Source: Squalus acanthias (Eukaryota). Taken from it: a stretch of DNA of 60,000 nucleotides. Every line of letters begins with the position of its first letter. Within the stretch, counting starts at the first letter, position 1. A model generated the notes under the pieces. That model was not told where the DNA came from and did no database searches. It saw only the letters and a program-made list of their open reading frames with translations. Made by a program: the position numbers and the translations under genes. The stretch spans positions 65,288,001-65,348,000 of the forward strand of contig CM059438.1 of the NCBI GenBank assembly GCA_030390025.1, in the 5' to 3' direction. Positions 34,830-47,459 of this stretch are shown in pieces.

Positions 34830-36428
34830 GACCAGATTGAAGGCTGATAAATCCCCAGGGCCTGATAATCTACATCCTAGGGTACTTAAGGAAGTGGCCC
34901 TAGAAATAGTAGATGCATTGCTGATCATCTTCCAACATTCGATGGAATCTGGAACTGTACCCATGGATTGGAGGGTAGCCAATGTTACCCCACTATTCAA
35001 AAAGGGTGGTAGAGAGAAAGCGGGGAATTACAGACCGGTAAGCCTGACATCGGTAGTGGGGAAAATGCTAGAGTCCATTATAAAGGATGTAATAGCTGAG
35101 CACTTGAAAAACAGTGACAGGATCGGACAAAGTCAACATGGATTTACAAAAGGTAAATCGTGCTTGAGTAATCTACTGGAATTTTTTGAGGATGTAACTG
35201 GGAAAATAGATAAGGGAGAACCAATAGATGTGGTGTATTTGGACTTTCAAAAGGCTTTCGATAAGGTCCCGCATAAGAGATTAGCGTGTAAAGTTAAGGC
35301 ACATGGGATTGGGGGCAAGGTATTGACTTGGATAGAGAACTGGTTGGCGGATAGAAAGCAGAGAGTAGGAATTAATGGGTCTTTTTCCAAGTGGCAAGCA
35401 GTGACTAGTGGGGTACTGCAGGGATCGGTCCTTGGACCCCAGCTATTCACAATATACATTAATGATCTAGATAAGGGAACTAAATGTAATATCTCCAAGT
35501 TTGCAGATGACACAAAGCTGGGTGGGCGTGTGTGCTGCGAGGAGGATACCGAGAAACTCCAGGATGATTTGGTCAGGTTGGGTGAGTGGGCAGAAGCGTG
35601 GCAGATGCAATATAACGTGGATAAGTGCGAGGTTATCCACTTTGGTGTCAAAAACAGAAAGGCAGACTATTATCTGAATGGCAATAGATTGGGAGAAGGG
35701 GAAGTGCAACGAGACCTGGGTGTCCTTGTGCACCAGTCGCTGAAAGTAAGCATGCAGGTGCAGCAGGCGGTGAAGAAGGCAAATGGTATGTTGGCCTTCA
35801 TAGCGAAAGGGTTTGAGTATAGGAACAGGGATGTCCTGCTGCAGTTGTACAGGGCCTTGGTGAGACCACACCTTGAGTACTGTGTGCAGTTTTGGTCGCC
35901 TTATCTGAGGAAGGATGTTCTTGCCATGGAAGGAGTTCAGCGAAGATTCACAAGGCTGATACCTGGGATGGCAGGAATGACATATGAGGAGAGATTGGGT
36001 CGATTGGGCTTATACTCGCTGGAGTTAGAAGAATGAGAGGGGATCTCATCGAAACATATAAAATTCTGACAGGTCTAGACAGACTAGATGCAGGAAGATG
36101 TTCCTGATTGTCGGGGAGTCCAGAACCAGGGGTCACAGTCTAAGGATAAGGGGTAAGCCATTTAGGACAGAGATGAGGAGGAATTTCTTCACCCAGAGAG
36201 TGGTGAACCTGTGGAATTCTCTACCACAGAAGGCAGCGGAGGCCAATTCATTAAATATATTCAAGAAGGAGTTAGATATATTTCTTAAGGCTAAAGGGAT
36301 CAAGGGATATGGGGAAAAGGCAGGGACAGGGTACTGAATTTGGATGATCAGCCATGATCTCATTGAATGGCGGAGCAGGCTCGAGGGGCCGAATGGCCTA
36401 CTCCTGCTCCTATCTTCTATGTTTCTAT
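34828..36428 (+). mobile_element. Nested 5'-truncated CR1 (RT region + 3' UTR)
   Basis: ORF 34804-36036 with FADD; own 3' UTR and TTCTATGTTTCTA tail at ~36414-36428. Confidence 0.95.
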
Positions 36429-37011
36429 AAGTTATGCTGAACCTTTATAAAGCGCTGGTTAGGCCACAACTGGAGTATTGCATCCAGTTCTGGTCACCAT
36501 ACTTTAGGAAGGATGTGAAGGCCCTTGAAAGGGTGCAGAGGAGATTTACCAGAATGGTTCCGGGGATGGGGGCTCTTAGCTACAAGGACAGGTTGGAGAA
36601 GCTGGATTTGTTTTCATTAGAGCAAAGGAGGTTGAGGGGTGATTAGATAGAGGTGTATAAGATTATGACGGGTTTGGATAGGCTAGACGGGGAAAGGCTG
36701 TTCACACTAGTTGATGGCACAAGGACTACGGGACACAGATTTAAGGTTTTGGGCAAGAGATACAGGGGGGATGTGAGGAAAAACTATTTTACACAGCGTG
36801 TGGTGAGGACCTGGAATTCGCTGCCGACGGACGTGGTGGAAGCGGAGACAATCAATGTTTTCAAGGGGAGACCGGATAGGCACTTGAGGGAAATAAACTT
36901 GCAGGGCTACAGGGATAGAGTGGGGGAATGGGACTGACTGGATTGCTCTGCAGAGAGCCGGCACGGACTCGATGGGCTTAATGGCCTCCTTCTGTGCCAT
37001 TATGACTCTAT

Positions 37012-37904
37012 GGGGGAAAAATTCAGTTGGTTGTGCCTCCCGTTAGCGCCTTAAGAGGGCGCTAATGGGGCGCAAAGCAACTAGCGCCCGGGCGCGGCGA
37101 TGTTTGCGCCACTCGGGAAATTAACTAGACATTTTGCGGCGGCGCTAAACACTACCGCCACGATCTCCTGCGCCGGCAGATCGTGACGTCAGTCGAGTGC
37201 GCAACGCCCCGGTGTCGCCCCGGAGCAGATATTGAGTGGCGCCCCCTGCCTTACCGCCTGACGCAAGCAACGACAGGTTGAGAGGAGCGTTCTGCAGTCA
37301 TGAAGGGACTGGGGGAGCGCTATTTAAAGGTGACCGCTTCCTGCCTTTTATTGTTGGTGCCATTTTTGAATTACGCATTCTGAGAGAGAGAGGGAGAGAC
37401 TTCTGGAGAGATTCAACGCTGTGTGAAGGAGTTTTGGGTACTGAGCAGCACTTTGCAGGTTCATTTTGATTTGCCATTCCTTGTATCGATTTAGAAGAGA
37501 CTGTGGGGGCTGCACTCTGAGCTCTTTGCCTGGTACTCTCCATTGTTCTTTCCAGCAGATTTGATGTGCAGGTCTCTCCAGGCCGAGATTCAAGGCTGCA
37601 ATGAGCAGGATGTGGATGGAAAGCAAGATTAACCATCCCCTTTAAGAACTGGCCCGTGCCATTGTGTGTGTGTTCCATTGCTGACTGACATTACATGAGC
37701 TTCGCCAGCGCTCTGAGGTAGCGCCTCGCTCCTCGGCCTTTGCACCTTAAGACAGGTGTGAAGCGCCTGATTTAGCGCTCCAATCACCTCCAGGGGCGAT
37801 AAAAGTCAAGTTTGCAGTCGGTGGCGATAATTAGCGCCAGGCGCTAATCTTTGCGCCCGGCCGATAATTGCGCCCCAAATGGGGCGATACTGAATTTCTC
37901 CCCC
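37012..37904. mobile_element. Non-autonomous Harbinger-type element
   Basis: TIR GGGGGA(A/G)AAATTCAGT (15/16); 3-bp TSD TAT (37009-37011 / 37905-37907); many GCGCC subterminal motifs. Confidence 0.88.
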
Positions 37905-38125
37905 TATGTGTCTGCCCATTCCACCAGCCTGTCTATGTCCTCTTGAATCTATTACTATCTTCCTCCCTGTTTATTACACTTCCAAGTTTCGTGTGATCTG
38001 CAAATTTCATAATTGTGTCCTGTACCCCCAAGTCCAAGTCATTAATGGATATCAAAAACAGCGGTGGTCCTAGTCCTGAACCTTGGGGAACTCCACTGTC
38101 TTTCTCCTTCCAGTCCAAAAAACAT
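37905..38125 (-). mobile_element. CR1 RT fragment
   Basis: SGVPQGSGLGPPLFLISINDLD...KFADHTKL. Confidence 0.9.
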
Positions 38126-38139
38126 ATTTAAAAAAAAAT

Positions 38140-38655
38140 GATTCCATAAATGTCCAGCTGGTGTACAACGGCTAGCACAGAATAATGCAGGCGATTGCCT
38201 GGTTGACTAGCAGCTGTCATGAGAGCTTCATTTTGGAACCATCTTTAATTGGAGGTTGGAAGAAGGAATGGAAAGAGGGCTCTTGGGAGACGAAGGCTAT
38301 CCTCTGGAGCCATGGCTCATGACACCATGGACAGATGCGGTGCACAAGTACAACAATCCGCTTGCTACAACCAGAATGATCATCAAACATACCATTGGGA
38401 TCTTGAGGCAGTGCTGAAGATGGCTGGAGTGGTGTGGGTCATCTTATAGTACAGCCTCCTCCACAGTGCCAATGATTAATTGTTGCCTTCATAACTTCAC
38501 CCTGCAAAGAAGCCTCATTGTGGAGCTGGAAGAATGGGATGGCAAAGCCATAGTGAGGCAAGAGGGTGAAAGTGACGACAAGAAATTAGTTGCCGGAATA
38601 GCAATGCAGCACAAATGACTGATGGACCAGGCACTGATTAAACTCTGCTTCCAGA
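38140..38655 (+). pseudogene. Old degenerate Harbinger transposase, C-terminal half
   Basis: SINVQLV, SCHESFIL, LLGDEGYPLEPWLMTP, IIKHTIGIL, LHNFTLQR remnants. Confidence 0.8.
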
Positions 38656-39539
38656 AGTGCCCCATTTCGAAAAGCTGCAGCCCACATCTGCAAATGAACC
38701 TTCCCCAAAGCCGACACTTTCCTGCACCGTTCCTCTAATATTATGCTGCTTTCAACTCAATTGTGTGTTATGTGACCATGCTTAGGGTTTTTCATCAAGG
38801 TGCTTCCCCTTTGTGCTGGTGGTTTGTGCTTGACGTCTAATACAGATTCCCTTGTGGATTTCGTCGAGAACCTGCTGGAATCCTGATGGCTCTTGACAGC
38901 ACTTGTGCTGTGCATTGCGAAGATCCTATCGCGTTGTGGCTGTCTCATCCTGCTTGCTTTCAGGCGCCTCTACTGACACTTGATCAGGAACACTTGATGG
39001 CTCAGGTCTGCTGTCAGCATGGGAGCCAGTTGTCTGATCCATGACTACTGCAGACATGCTGAGGCTTCTGGGCATTCTTTCAGCATGCCTACATATTTAT
39101 CTTGAGAGCAGAACTTTGGGCAGCTATGAGTTGGATGAATCTCAGCCTCAGCTTGTCTCTATATTACTTCCTAACATCTTGAAGCTGCCAGTAGTTCATC
39201 TCTTAAGGTTTGAGGTCAAGGTCGCAGTGTCCGTATTCATGAGAAAGCTCCCACTCTGTCCATGTACCATGCCACTGACAGCTCTGCTGCAGATGCCATA
39301 GGAGTTGCCACGCATAGATCCAGCTAGTGAGACTCTCCAGGCCTTTCAGTGTATTTTACACAGAATAATTGACTCCAGTAGATGATTTGTTCAGGCAGCA
39401 ATGTGTAAACAGGTCTTGTGAGGTCTAATTCCCTAGCTGCCACAGCAGAGATGGTAACCATGTTGGATCTCTGGCCAGCAGATCCCTGGTCTTGAACAGC
39501 CAACAGTGCTTACTCCTCTTCATCTGTTCACTGTGCTTC

Positions 39540-39725
39540 CTTCTCAAGGTGGAGATAGACAGATTTTTGAACGATAAGGGAGTCAAGGATTTTGGGGAGA
39601 GGGCAGGGAAGTGGAGTTGAGGCCAAGATCAGATCAGCCATGATCTTATTGAATGGCGGAGCAGGCTCGAGGGGCCAAATGACCTACTCCTGCTCCTACG
39701 TCTTATGCTCTTATGTTCTTATGTT
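39540..39725 (+). mobile_element. CR1 3' end
   Basis: CR1 3' UTR with (TTCTTATG)n tail. Confidence 0.9.
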
Positions 39726-39953
39726 CTCACTATCTCCTTCCTCCAGGTTGCGTGATAGTGACACAGAGTGCTGTGAGGTGTGGGCTTCCTCTGGGACACT
39801 GGCTGTGGCTTTTCTCTAATATTTCACTCTTACAGCACTGACTGCACTTTAAAGCACTTCACTGTATGTGGGATGTATTTGATAGACCTGATAAGACATT
39901 GCAGAAAAGCAATTTATTTCAAGGAAAATAGAAGAGAGCAGAAAGTCAAAGTG

Positions 39954-40285
39954 CAGCCCTACAAGCCTTTGAGATCACTGCGCTTTTTCAATTCTGGCCT
40001 CTTGCGCATTCCCGATTTTAATCGCTCCACCATTGGCAACCGTGCCTTTAGCTGCCGAGGCCCTAAGCTCTGGAATTACCTCTCTAAACCTCTCTGCCTC
40101 ACTGACTCTCTCTCCTCCTTTAAGACGCTTTTTAAAAGCTACATCTTTGTCCAAGCCCTTGGTCAGCCGTCCTAATTTCTCCTTATGTGGCTCGGTGTCA
40201 AATTTTGTTTGATAACACTCCTGTGAAGCGCCTTGGGATGCTTCACTACGTTAGAGGCGCTATATAAATGCAAGTTGTTGTTGTT
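39954..40285 (+). mobile_element. L2-type LINE 3' end
   Basis: RSLR...GNRAFSCRGPKLWN.L...SFKTL.K.Y.F terminus; GCGCTATATAAATGCAAG(TTG)n tail shared with the Deu SINE tail. Confidence 0.8.
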
Positions 40286-41376
40286 TAAACACAACCATTT
40301 TATGATACTTTTTGTGATGTCACTCAAGTTGAGTGTGTGCCTGTGTAACAAGTCACTCGGTAGGACATTATGTAACATGAACGTTATGATGTTAGGAGCA
40401 CCCACCTCTTCGGGGGCTTTTTAGGGCCCATTTCAGCTAATTAATCACCATCTTGTCCTGTAGGCAGAAGAATAGTATAGAGGTATTGAAAATACATTGC
40501 AGTGACAGTGTCAGACAGCTGCACAGCTTCAGGGGATACTACATATTCCAAATTAAACAGGTATATTCCTCATGAAGCCTTTTTAAGCCTATTAGTTGTG
40601 CACTCAGTGTGCCATAAGCATTTATTAATTAGAACTATACCATGCATCATAAACCTCCTCATTCATGCAAAATATTCCTTGTCCTGGTTTTATCAGAAAC
40701 TAGTAACATTTTCTTGCTGCCAAGCATCTTCCATCATGACGCGATTAAAATGAAGGCAGGAATGGATTTTTTGCATGCCTATTTGTGGTAGGTATTCACC
40801 ATGTAATACTGCATTCCTTGTGGCCTCTGGATACACCATTGACCCTTTTTACAACCCCCTCCCATGCCACTTTGCTTTAGGCACTTCTGGGAAGGGGTGT
40901 GTTGGTCACTTGTACTCTGCTGTCTCCTTTCTCAATCTTCCAGCACTTTGTCAGTGAATCCTGCTTCCCTCTGTCGCAAAAGCATTGGTGATGAGGGAAA
41001 TGGCCGAGTGAGCAGCTTTCCTGGGCTCCCTTGCACTATTTGTGGAGCTTACATGGCTCGTTATTGTTGTTGGCGGGTGCCATTTTTTTATTGATTCTGC
41101 CACTTCATTGGTGTATTGCACAGGCAATAAGCACGTGTTAACACAGCTCGAGAAAATGGTAAGATGGGGCGTTAACAAGCATGCTTAATAAAGATCAAGA
41201 ACCTTAAGCAATGCTAAGATATTTCCTTAACAACACAGAAACAGTCATTTCTAGTCAGAATTCAACAATAAGACATGCCTCGTTCACAGCAACAGAATTG
41301 ATGAGAAAGGGACTGTAAAGTAAGATTCAAACGCCAGTCTAATAGTTATTCATTGCTTTCGAATAAGAAGGAATTT

Positions 41377-42152
41377 CATAGGAACACAGGAACAGGAGTA
41401 GGCCATTCGACCCCTCAAGCCAGTTCCGCCATTCAATAAGATCATGGCTGATCTGTATCTTAACTCCATTTACCTGCTTTGGTTCCGTAACCCCAGTACC
41501 CTTGCCTAAAAAAAAAATCTATCAATCTCAGTTTTGAAATTTTCAATTGACCTAGCCTCAACAGTTTTTTGGGAGAGAGCTTCTCACCATTTAGAAAATA
41601 CTCTGACCTATCTTTCTTGGGTCCATTGAACTCCATCTGCCACAGTTTTGCCCATTCACTTAATCTATCAATGTCCCTTTGCAACTTTCTGCTCCAATCT
41701 ACAGTATTTACTGTGCCACCTAACTTAGTGTGGCAAACTTAGATATAGGTCACTCTATTCCTTCATTTAAGTCATTTATAAATATAGTGAAAAGCTGCGG
41801 CCTTAGTACAGATCCCTGGGGGACGCTACTAGTCACATCCTGCCAATTTGAGTACACACCCACTACCCCTACTCTCTGTCTCCTACCTCCTAACCAATTC
41901 TCTATCCAAGCCAATCCGTTGCCTCCAATTCCATGCACTCTCATTTTAGCTAACAGTCTCTTCTGTGGAATCTTGTCGAATGCCTTCTGGAAGTCCATAT
42001 AAATAACATCCATAGACATGCCCTTATCTACCACATGAGTTACCTCAAAATATTCAACTAGGTTGGTTAGACTTGACGTACCCATTACAAATCCATGTTG
42101 GCTCTCATCAGCTCATCTTTGTCCAAATGTTCAGTCACTCTGTCCCTCATAA
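41377..42152 (-). mobile_element. CR1 fragment with internal deletions
   Basis: [23 protein letters not shown]; 3' UTR. Confidence 0.9.
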
Positions 42153-43312
42153 GATGGGGCAAGGGTTGCCATGGGTTTCTGTTTACACAATCAAGCGAAT
42201 TATATATGAACCAAATAGATATGAGTAGTTCAGTGTTGTCCCACGGGTAAGACCTAAGACTGATGATTACAATGTTAACACCCTCCACAAGCAAATAAAT
42301 CTTAGTAGCCGGATTACCAGTGAAACTTGGTTTATTTAAAGTGATGTTACTGCATGCACAACTGTGTTAATTCATAATCAAAGTGCTTTTTTCTTTGAAG
42401 TCATGATGAGTTTCGATTAGTTTTTCAATGATTTAATATTTTTCAGGATTAATATTGGAACTGATGTTCTTTATAACGGAAGAATGAATTCAAACATGGT
42501 ATGATTAGAAATGGACAGAAATTGTCAGGTAGATTTTCCCGCCTCTGCCCTCTGCTCCTGCCCGCACACCGAACAAGGCTAGGAGTCCTGACTGGGCCAA
42601 GGGACACCCTACCATAGCCCTGGCCCCCTGACAATGCCTCGGAGATAAGAACCATCTGCCTGACGATGGCCTCGTTTAGATTAAAATCGAGGTAATTGGA
42701 TTGCAACTGTCAAAGATGCAATTCTCTTTAGGTCTATTGTTTCACCCGCAGATCTGGTCAGTGGGGGTTCGGGATGTTTTCCAGACACCCCTTTATTGGG
42801 GCAGCAGGTGTTCACAAAAGAGAATGAGGTGGGAGGCCGGGACTGATCCTTCCCACCTTGTTTGAATGGCTCAGATGGGCCTGGATTACTGTAGGTGCAG
42901 GCGAAGCTCCACTTCTCCAGAAAAGGCCCAGACATCCCCAACAACCTAAAATGGGCGGTACCCAGTGAATTGGGTCTCTGCTCATTTTTCCTGATCTAGG
43001 CCTCCCGGGAAATGGCTGTTGTATCATTTCTTCATCATTATGTATTAATTCTTCCACACTAATCTCATTTCATTTTAGAACTTGCCGGTCACCAAGCACT
43101 GTTTGTAGATACAGGGTAGGTGAGAGGAATTTTTCTTTAGCTTGATGCGTTCGCTTTTGTTTTTGTAATTCTTCCATCAGTTAGCTTTTCATTGACCAAA
43201 AACCAGTTTGAAATTCGCTAAGTCCAAGAAAGGAGGACAACATCCCTTTGAATCAACCATGGGTTTGGTCAGTGCATTTAGGTAGAAGTACGATGTGCCA
43301 CAAAGGATCGAA

Positions 43313-44690
43313 TAGAATAGAATGATACAGCACAGAAGGAGGCCATTCGGCCCATCGTGCCTGTGCCGGCTCTTTGAAAAGAGCTATCCAATTAGTCCCA
43401 CTCCCCTCATTGCTGTCTGTGAGAGCTTGCTGTGCGCAAATTGGCTGCCTCGTTTCCTACACTAAAAGCGTGGCCATGCTTTGAAAGTACGTCATGGGCT
43501 ATGAAGCGCATTGGGACGTCCTGTGGTTGTGAAAGGCGCCATACAAATGCGAGTCTGTCTTCATCTGCCAGTCAGAGACAGCAGTGGACAAAATGATTGG
43601 CTTCCCCTGTGATGCCGAGGCATCTGATTGAAGGAGTGACCCGCAGAGGCAGGCTTGGATCAGACTGTGTGATCGTAGAATCACAGAACAGTACAGCACA
43701 GAAGGAGGCCATGCGGCCCATCGAGTCTGCGCCGGCTCTTTCGCACAGCAATCCAGTTAGTCCCACTCCCTCGCTCTTTCCCCATATCCCTGCAATTTTT
43801 TCTCCTTCAAGTAATTATCCAATTCCCTTTTGAAAGCTACTATTGAATCTCTTCTGCACCCTCTCCAGAGCCTTGACATCCTTCCTAAAGTGTGGTGCCC
43901 AGAACTGAACACAAACCGAACTAGTGTTTTAGAAAGGTTTACATAGAATTACATAGAATACACAGCATAGGAACAGGCCATTCGGCCCAAACAGTCTACG
44001 CCTGCGTTTATGTTTCACTCGAGCATCCTCCTGTCCTTCCTCATCTAGCTCCTCATCAGTATAACCCTCTATTACCTTTCTCCCTCATGTGCTTCTCTAA
44101 AACCGTTCCTTAAATGCATCTATACTATTCGCTTCAACCACTCCCTGTGGTAGCGAGTTCCACATTCTCACCACTCTCTGGGTTAAGATGTTTCTCCTGA
44201 ATTTCCTATTTGATTTCTTGGTGACTATCTTGTATTGATGGCCTCGAGTTTTGATCTTCCCCACAAGTGGAAACACTCTCTCTGTATCCACTCTATCAAA
44301 ACCTTTCATAATTTTAAAGACCTCTATTAGGTCACCCCCTCAGCCTTCTCTTTTCAAGAGAAGAGAGACCCAGCCTGTTCATCCTTTCCGATAGGTATAA
44401 CCTCACAGTTCTTGTATCAATCATCCTTGTAAATCTTCTCTGCACCCTCTCCAGTGCCTCTATATCCTCTTTATAATATGGCGACCAGAACTGTATACAG
44501 TACTCCAAAGTGTGATCTAACCAAGGTTCGATGCAGGTTTAGCATAACTTCACTACTTTTCAATTCTATCCCTCTAGAAATAAACCCTTTAGCATAACTT
44601 CCTGGCTTTTGTACTCGATGACTCTATCGATAAAGCCCAGGATCCCGTATGCTTTTATTAACTGCTTTGTTAACCTGTCCTGCCACTTTC
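43313..44690 (-). mobile_element. Cluster of CR1 3' fragments (43313-43405; 43675-44690 with a nested copy at ~43941-44587) plus a plus-strand Deu SINE tail (43409-43562)
   Basis: Repeated CR1 3' UTR (ACAGCACAGAAGGAGGCCAT), ORF 44097-44309; outer copy rejoins as GGTTT/AGCATAACTT. Confidence 0.85.
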
Positions 44691-44877
44691 ACAGAGCTCT
44701 GCTGTGAATTGTAAATCCTATCAATCCCCACTCTCTCCCGCCACTGCCATGTTGAGATCAAAATTCTCCGTCCTGTCCCTGGAGGGGAACCCCCTCAGTC
44801 TCCCAGCAATCTACAGGATTCTGGAACCTGTCTAATAAGTATTAGCATCAAAAAAAAAACAAGAGATTCAAGCCTGG

Positions 44878-45178
44878 TATAGAATCATAGAATCATACAG
44901 CACAGAAGAAAGCAACCATTCAGCCCATCGTGCCTGTGCTGGCTCTTTGAAAGAGCTATCTAATTAGTCCCACTCAGCTGCTCTTTCCCCATAGCCCTTC
45001 AAGTATTTATCAAATTCTCTTTCGAAAGTTACTATTGAATCTGCTTCCACTACCCTTTCAGGCAGTGCATTCCAGAACACAGCAAATCGCTGTGTTAAAA
45101 AAAAAAATTCTCCTCATCTCCCCCTCTGATTCGCTTGCCAATTATCTCAAATCTGTGTCCTTTGGTTACCGACCCTTC
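44878..45178 (-). mobile_element. CR1 3' end
   Basis: (ATAGAATC)n tail and CR1 3' UTR. Confidence 0.88.
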
Positions 45179-45293
45179 AGTGGGCTCATGTTCCAATGGG
45201 TGCCCTCTGGCAACCTCGGGTCTCCGTCTGCTATTTGTTCACAGGGGCATCACGACTCGAGCCTCGATCCTGCTGAGGACGATTGCCATTGCA

Positions 45294-45469
45294 CCTGAGA
45301 GAGCAGACAGGGCCTCGGTTTAATATCTCATCCAAAAGACGGCACCTCCGACAGTGCCACACACCCTCAGCACTGTACTGGGAGTGTCAGTCTAGATTTT
45401 TGTGCTCGAGTCCCTGAAGTGGGACTCGAACCCACAACCTTCTGACTTAAAGGCGAGAGTGCTACCAAC
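45294..45469 (-). mobile_element. Deu-domain SINE 5' half
   Basis: Matches 25047-25220. Confidence 0.88.
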
Positions 45470-46172
45470 GCAGCAGCAGCAACCCCTTAAGTAGCATCAG
45501 CAGCTCTTTAGCAGCAGCACTTTAACAACAGCAGCAACCCCTTAAGCAGCAGCAGCAGCCCTTTAAGCAGCAGCAGCCCTTTAGCAGCTGTGGCCCCTTA
45601 AGCAGCAGCAACTCCTTAAGCAGCTGCAGCCATTTAACAGCAGCTGCAACCAGTTAAGTCCCAGCAGCAGCTACCCCTCAAGTAGTCGCAACTCCTCAAG
45701 CAGCAGCTGCCCTTTAACAGCAGCTGTGGCCCCTTAAGCAGCAGCCCTTTAGCAGCAGATACTTCTTAAGCAGCAGCAGCAGCCCTTTAACAGCAGTTAC
45801 AACTCTTTAATCAGCAGCAGCAACCCTTTAAGATCAGCTACTCCTTAAGCAGTAGCAGCCCTTTTACAGCTGTGGTCCCTTAAGCAGCAGCCCTTTAGCA
45901 ACTGCTGTGCCCTTTAACAGCAGCAGCAGCCCTTTAACAGCAGCTGCGGCCCCTTAAGCGGCAGCCCTTGAACAGCTGCAGCACCTTAAGCAGCAGCAGC
46001 CCTTTAACAGCAGCAACTCCTTAAGCAGCAGCCCTTAAGCAGCAGCAGCAATCCCTTCAGCAGCAGCAGCCACTTAGGCAGCAGCAGCAACTACTTATTC
46101 AGCAGCAGCAGCAGCCCTTTAACAGCAACTGCGACCGCTTAAACAGCAGCCCTGTAACAGCAGCTGCGGCCC
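45470..46172. repeat. Degenerate tandem array of (GCA)2-4 + CCCTT(T)AA units
   Basis: Recurrent CAGCAGCAGCCCTTTAA / CCCTTAAGCAGCAG units of variable length. Confidence 0.92.
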
Positions 46173-47459
46173 TTCTCCCTCCAGCTTTCCTGGGGAGGGA
46201 GGGGGGGGGGAGTGGGGTGCTGGTACTGATTGAATGATTTGGTTTGATTTGATCAGATTTTCTCAATTGCTTCCTTCCTTTCTTTAACCTGTGCGCCGCT
46301 CTCCTGCTCCTCATCCTCAGGGCAGGCCGATCTGCTGGCTCTCCTCAGCAGATACGTTAGGAAATCTGAGGAAGGAGGGACAAAAGATGGGATAGGAAGG
46401 GATAAACCCAATGGGGTTATTTTCTGATGGTTATTTTTTTTGGTTGATTTGCTGCCAGCGAGAAACTGGGACCTCGGGGTACATTCACGCGGCTACTGTG
46501 TGGGACAATTGTTAAAAACTGTACTCGACACTGATACAGTCCATACCCATGAGGTCAAATTGATTGCATTGCTTGTCAGGCCAACCTTTTTTTTCAGAGC
46601 TTTGTGTCTATTTTCCTGTGATGTAGACCATTTCTTGTTAATCAGCTTTTATCTCTTACACTGGTATACTTATGGAAATCCTTCGCACTTTGGGGAGCTT
46701 TATAAGCTTTGTTGATTTGATACGCCGCCGTGGTTCAAGCTTCCTTGCTGCTTCCTGTGGTTGGAAGAACAGCATGTGTGCCAAGCAAGGGCACCTACGT
46801 GTTTGTTGAACTGTATAATGAGTGTAAACAATTCAAGCTTCCAAAAAATGTAGTTTGCTTTGCACATCCGTCTCCTTTTTCTGTCCTTTACTGCCACCAG
46901 CACAGAAGGATGCATTCAACAGCCAAGTTCAACGATCTCATTCCAAATTTGAATAATTTAAAATCTAATTGGATGACATCTTGTGGCTGCCAGTAGGTTA
47001 CATTCTGTGTGTTGCCATTTGAAGCATTCATGGCTGAACAGTAAGTGGACTTATTGCCTCATAAGAAGTGATTAAGGCCCCAATGGCCTAAATAGCCCAT
47101 TGATGTTCATTGTAAGCTCACAAGTTGTCTTGTTCTTCAGCTTGCCTGAGCCTGAAAGTAATTAACTTGATGTTAGCCACTGAGTGGAATTCTCAGCCTG
47201 ACAAAGAGCTATTGCCAATAATAATGATGTGATTTCTTTAGAGCATGTGGGAGCATGTGACTTCTGCAGCCAATTATGATGCTGTTTCACAGTTGTGCTC
47301 TTCCTGTCATCTGTGTGATTGACAGTTGGTCTGATGCCTATGGTGACGAGGTGCGTCACATTTTGACAAGTCCTAAACCAGGTGGTGCGGAGAGTGTGAT
47401 CAGTGCTTGAATTTGGAGATTGCTTTGCTGCTGAAGGAAGTTTACTTTTTTAATATTAA

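Larger units (their letters stand above)
31600..37010 (+). mobile_element. Near full-length CR1 LINE (5' UTR, ORF1, ORF2, 3' end) with an internal replacement by another CR1
   Basis: ORF1 and ORF2 motifs; own 3' end resumes at ~36430 and ends with an ATGACTCT tail; 5' boundary approximate. Confidence 0.92.

Noticed and set aside
33222..36036. Programmed frameshift joining the 541-aa and 410-aa ORFs
   Set aside because: The ORFs duplicate the same RT region and come from two different CR1 insertions
38860..39520. Possible decayed Myb partner gene of the old Harbinger on the minus strand
   Set aside because: Position fits, but similarity is too weak to support by eye
42520..43060. GC-richer block resembling an old MITE (similar case at ~20690-21090)
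   Set aside because: No convincing TIR pair or TSD found
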